From positions 2,953 through 66,952 of the forward strand of contig CALXLB010000006.1 of the NCBI GenBank assembly GCA_944389085.1: a DNA stretch of 64,000 bases, in the 5' to 3' direction. Below the pieces are notes generated by a model. The model had not been told where the DNA came from. It made no database searches and saw only the letters and a list, made by a program, of their open reading frames with translations. This stretch comes from an uncultured Spirochaetaceae bacterium. Its GTDB lineage: Bacteria; Spirochaetota; Spirochaetia; Sphaerochaetales; Sphaerochaetaceae. Numbering within the stretch: position 1 is the first letter of the stretch; the number at the start of each line of letters is the position of its first letter. Position numbers and translations under genes: made by a program. This document shows, piece by piece, positions 59,942-64,000 of the stretch.

Positions 59942-60042
59942 TTTATTGGATGTTCCACCTCATAGCTTCATGCTCTGAAGCAAAATGACAAAAATTGCAT
60001 CATTGTTTTGCAGTTGAAGCGCTTTGCGGTTATCATGAAGCT

Positions 60043-60351
60043 ATGATTAAGAGTCATGTTCGTGCAGATATTGATACATTCTATGGTGATTTTCCCGCTG
60101 GTTTTGATTTCACAATCACAGATGATGGGAAAATTGAAGGTGTTTATTCCTTTATTGGATATGAAGGTGCATTTCATGGCTCAATGACAGGAGAGGAGAC
60201 TTTTTCTGTCGGTGGTGTAGTCGATTCATATGTCGGGCACATCGAATTCTCGATTACAGGCCGGTATGATGGCGAGAAGATAATAGGCGAAGGCATCACA
60301 GCGAATAAAGGTCATTTTTCTGTAAGAGGAGTCCCTGTTGGAGAGCTTTGA
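60043..60351 (+). CDS. Small Gly-rich beta protein, paralog A
   Basis: About 102 aa from ATG 60043 (the track TTG at 59995 is possible). No signal peptide. Shares spaced G/F/I positions with the next ORF. Confidence 0.4.
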   Translation: MIKSHVRADIDTFYGDFPAGFDFTITDDGKIEGVYSFIGYEGAFHGSMTGEETFSVGGVVDSYVGHIEFSITGRYDGEKIIGEGITANKGHFSVRGVPVGEL

Positions 60352-60625
60352 AATCTTTGTCCGTTCTCCTTTTGGAAAATATCATGGTAAAATCCAGCTC
60401 AAGCGGGATGCAGGGCTGGTTGAAGGAACTCTCAATTTCCTTACATTCTCTTCAGATTTTACAGGGGCCGCGGATGGAGATTCTCTTTCATTCAAAGGTT
60501 CTATGGTCACCCCTGTTGGCCGTATTGATTATGATGCACGTGCTGTTATCGAAGGAGCAGCAATCACTGGCAGTGCCCAGACAAGACTTGGGGTGATTTC
60601 CTTTTCTTCCAAAGAAGGAAGATAG
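60338..60625 (+). CDS. Small Gly-rich beta protein, paralog B
   Basis: TTG start lies 6 nt after AGAGGAG. 95 aa. Overlaps paralog A by 14 nt. Confidence 0.45.
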   Translation: MESFEIFVRSPFGKYHGKIQLKRDAGLVEGTLNFLTFSSDFTGAADGDSLSFKGSMVTPVGRIDYDARAVIEGAAITGSAQTRLGVISFSSKEGR

Positions 60626-60747
60626 GGTAAAGCCAAAAAAAACATTGTTTCTCAAAAAAATACTATATGTACGGCACTGCATTCTGGGTTGAAACTAATA
60701 CAAGAGGTAAATCTACATGCAGGTAAAGCCTGCTTCAGGAGGTTTAA

Positions 60748-61962
<1,215 letters not shown>

Positions 61963-61985
61963 TTCCTTTAAAGGATGTATGTGGT

Positions 61986-62041
61986 GGCGGAGGCTTTGCT
62001 TCCGCCATTATTGGATTAATGCCCTTTCTGAGGGTTAATCC
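61986..62041 (+). promoter_or_regulatory. Two intercistronic stem-loops between mglB and mglA
   Basis: GGCGGAGGC-TTT-GCTTCCGCC (61986-62006) and GGATTAA...TTAATCC with an inner CCC/GGG helix (62013-62041). Confidence 0.45.
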
Positions 62042-62059
62042 ATTTAAAAGGACGAGGGA

Positions 62060-63556
62060 ATGAGTGGAAAAACTGTTTTGGAAATAAAGAATCTGTCGAA
62101 ATCGTTTGGAAAGAACAAGGTTCTCGATGGAATCAACCTCACTGTGGAAGAGGGAACTGTATGCGGCCTCATGGGTGAGAACGGTGCAGGAAAATCCACA
62201 ATGATGAAATGCCTCTTTGGAATCTACGCCAAAGATGAAGGACAGATAGATCTTTTTGGCCATCCTGTAGAATTCAGTGGCCCTAAAGAAGCTCTTGAGA
62301 GCGGGGTAGCGATGGTCCATCAGGAGCTTCAGCAATGTCTGGACAGGACCGTGATGGACAATCTCTTCCTCGGGCGTTACCCGACGAAGGGTGGTATTGT
62401 CGATGAAGCCAGAATGCTTCGTGACAGCAATAACCTTTTCGCACGCCTCAGCATGAATGTAAACCCGAAAACTGTAATGAGAACAATGTCTGTTTCTCAG
62501 AGACAGATGGTTGAGATTGCTAAGGCTGTTTCATATGACGCTAAGCTTATAGTTCTCGACGAGCCGACGAGCTCTCTTACAGAACGCGAAGTCAGAAAGC
62601 TTTTCTCCATTGTCGATAATCTCAGAAAACAAGGTGTATCATTTGTTTATATCTCCCATAAGATGGATGAGATTTTTGAGATCTGTGATGATGTTGCTGT
62701 TCTTCGTGACGGTAAGATGATCTTCAAGAAACATGTTGCAGATACGAACATGAATGAATTGATATCTGCAATGGTAGGACGTTCTCTTGATAAGAGATTC
62801 CCCGATGTGGATAATGCCCCGGGCGAGCCTTATCTTGAAGTCCGCAATCTCAATACAAAATATGATCCCGTGCTTCATGACATCTCATTCATGGTCCGCC
62901 GTGGTGAGATTTTCGGAATCTATGGTCTTGTAGGAGCTGGTAGAAGCGAGCTTCTGGAGTCTATGTTCGGAATCAGGACAATTGCTTCTGGACAGCTTAT
63001 TGTCGGAGGAAAGAAGATGCATTTCAATTCCTCCAAACAGGCAATGAACCATTCTTTTGCTCTTGTTACAGAGGAGCGGAAGCTGAATGGTATGTTCGGC
63101 AAGGATACAATCAAGTTCAATACCACTATTACAAACCTTGAAGCTTACAAAACAATGCATCTCCTGGATAACAAGAAGCTTAATGAGGCTGCGACAAGGG
63201 AAATCAAGCAGATGAATACCAAGTGTGTATCTCCTGATGAACTTATCACGGCACTATCTGGTGGAAACCAGCAGAAAGTTATCATTGGTAAGTGGATGGA
63301 GCGTTCTCCTCAGATATTCCTGATGGATGAGCCGACAAGAGGTATCGATGTTGGTGCAAAGTATGAGATTTACCAGCTGATTATCAAGATGGCAAAAGAA
63401 GGGAAGACTATCATTGTAGTCTCTTCTGAAATGCCTGAAATCCTTGGTATTACGAACCGTATAGCTGTTATGTCCAATCACAGGCTTGCTGGTATCGTAA
63501 ACACTAAAGAAACGAATCAGGAGGAACTCCTGAGACTGTCTGCCAAGTATCTGTAA
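62060..63556 (+). CDS. mglA: Sugar ABC transporter ATP-binding protein with two ABC domains
   Basis: 498 aa. Walker A GENGAGKST. Signature motifs LSGGNQQK (C-terminal domain) and a degenerate MSVSQRQM (N-terminal domain). Confidence 0.9.
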   Translation: MSGKTVLEIKNLSKSFGKNKVLDGINLTVEEGTVCGLMGENGAGKSTMMKCLFGIYAKDEGQIDLFGHPVEFSGPKEALESGVAMVHQELQQCLDRTVMDNLFLGRYPTKGGIVDEARMLRDSNNLFARLSMNVNPKTVMRTMSVSQRQMVEIAKAVSYDAKLIVLDEPTSSLTEREVRKLFSIVDNLRKQGVSFVYISHKMDEIFEICDDVAVLRDGKMIFKKHVADTNMNELISAMVGRSLDKRFPDVDNAPGEPYLEVRNLNTKYDPVLHDISFMVRRGEIFGIYGLVGAGRSELLESMFGIRTIASGQLIVGGKKMHFNSSKQAMNHSFALVTEERKLNGMFGKDTIKFNTTITNLEAYKTMHLLDNKKLNEAATREIKQMNTKCVSPDELITALSGGNQQKVIIGKWMERSPQIFLMDEPTRGIDVGAKYEIYQLIIKMAKEGKTIIVVSSEMPEILGITNRIAVMSNHRLAGIVNTKETNQEELLRLSAKYL

Positions 63557-63566
63557 GGAGGAAGGA

Positions 63567-64000
63567 ATGGCTGATAACAAAGCTATGGAAATCAGAACCA
63601 TAGAGGACGACAGAAAAATACAGGAATATACCCAAAAGCTCCGTGCTCTCAGAAAAGATGGCGAGACAAAGGTTACAGATACCAAAATCGACATCACAGC
63701 TCTGAGGAAGAATCAGCTGATTGATGAGGACGAGAAAGCAAGAGTCTTAGCACAGAAGAAGAAGGAGCTGGAAGAGGCTAAAGCCGTAGCTGCAAGGAAT
63801 AAGGCTGAAGTCAATAGAATCGCTAAGGAAGCTGTAAAATATGTAAATACTGTTTCCCGTGATATCGAGGCTGCTGTAAACGAGAAAGAGAATAAGCGAA
63901 TGGCTGGAGCCAAGGCTTATTATGCTCGTGAAGTTGCGGAAATCAAAGAAGCTGGCGAGAAGAGAAAGAGCGAGCTTTCCCACCGTCTGGCTGCAGGAGA
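63567..64000 (+). CDS. Open reading frame running off the right edge; hydrophilic coiled-coil-like N-terminus in the position expected for mglC
   Basis: Absent from the ORF track. ATG 63567 follows AAGGAGGAAGG, and I read 144 codons without a stop (MADNKAMEIRTIEDDRKIQEYTQKLRALRKDGE...). K/E/A-rich, with no TM segment yet. Confidence 0.5.
   Translation, partial: MADNKAMEIRTIEDDRKIQEYTQKLRALRKDGETKVTDTKIDITALRKNQLIDEDEKARVLAQKKKELEEAKAVAARNKAEVNRIAKEAVKYVNTVSRDIEAAVNEKENKRMAGAKAYYAREVAEIKEAGEKRKSELSHRLAAG

Overview
This is a densely coding 64-kb chromosomal segment with about 60 genes and moderate GC by eye. The gene content fits a saccharolytic, amino-acid-fermenting anaerobe. A spirochaete (Treponema-like) origin is my best guess, and it is inference only. 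It rests on a short ParE/ParC pair with a reduced ParC C-terminal region, an MglB/MglA transporter, PFOR, and many lipoproteins with loose lipoboxes.

Gene order:
- A GH13-like amylase gene that runs off the left edge.
- Housekeeping genes: EamA transporter, pth, MATE, nth, a DAHP synthase/prephenate dehydratase fusion and sdaA.
- A RelE/RHH toxin-antitoxin pair.
- A LacI-controlled fructan/fructoside utilisation locus: fructokinase, two GH32, a GH172/DUF2961, an ABC importer and a domain-permuted GH3.
- leuS, a polar amino-acid ABC transporter, and a 5'-truncated araA remnant.
- A secreted tyrosine phosphatase, a KamA-family radical SAM gene, parE/parC and a pseudouridine synthase.
- A 5'-truncated LacI remnant followed by a 419-nt structured non-coding gap.
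- A 970-aa receiver-receiver-PPDK_N protein coupled to a small membrane protein.
- livJHMGF and gdhA.
- A cluster of LPP20-like lipoproteins and predicted outer-membrane proteins.
- A LysE exporter, nifJ (PFOR), and a secreted non-specific nuclease with two tandem paralogous small proteins.
- mglB/mglA, then an ORF that runs off the right edge.

I saw no rRNA, tRNA, CRISPR array, transposase or integrase. The supplied ORF track omits the two edge-truncated genes. It also shows non-ATG starts as M, so several ORFs are over-extended upstream, and I re-called those starts.

The best candidates for something undescribed are:
- the receiver-PPDK_N protein with its coupled micro-protein;
- the LPP20-like envelope cluster;
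- the GH172-containing fructoside locus;
- the nuclease with its paralogous small-protein pair.

All functional calls rest on motif recognition by eye; no database search was run.
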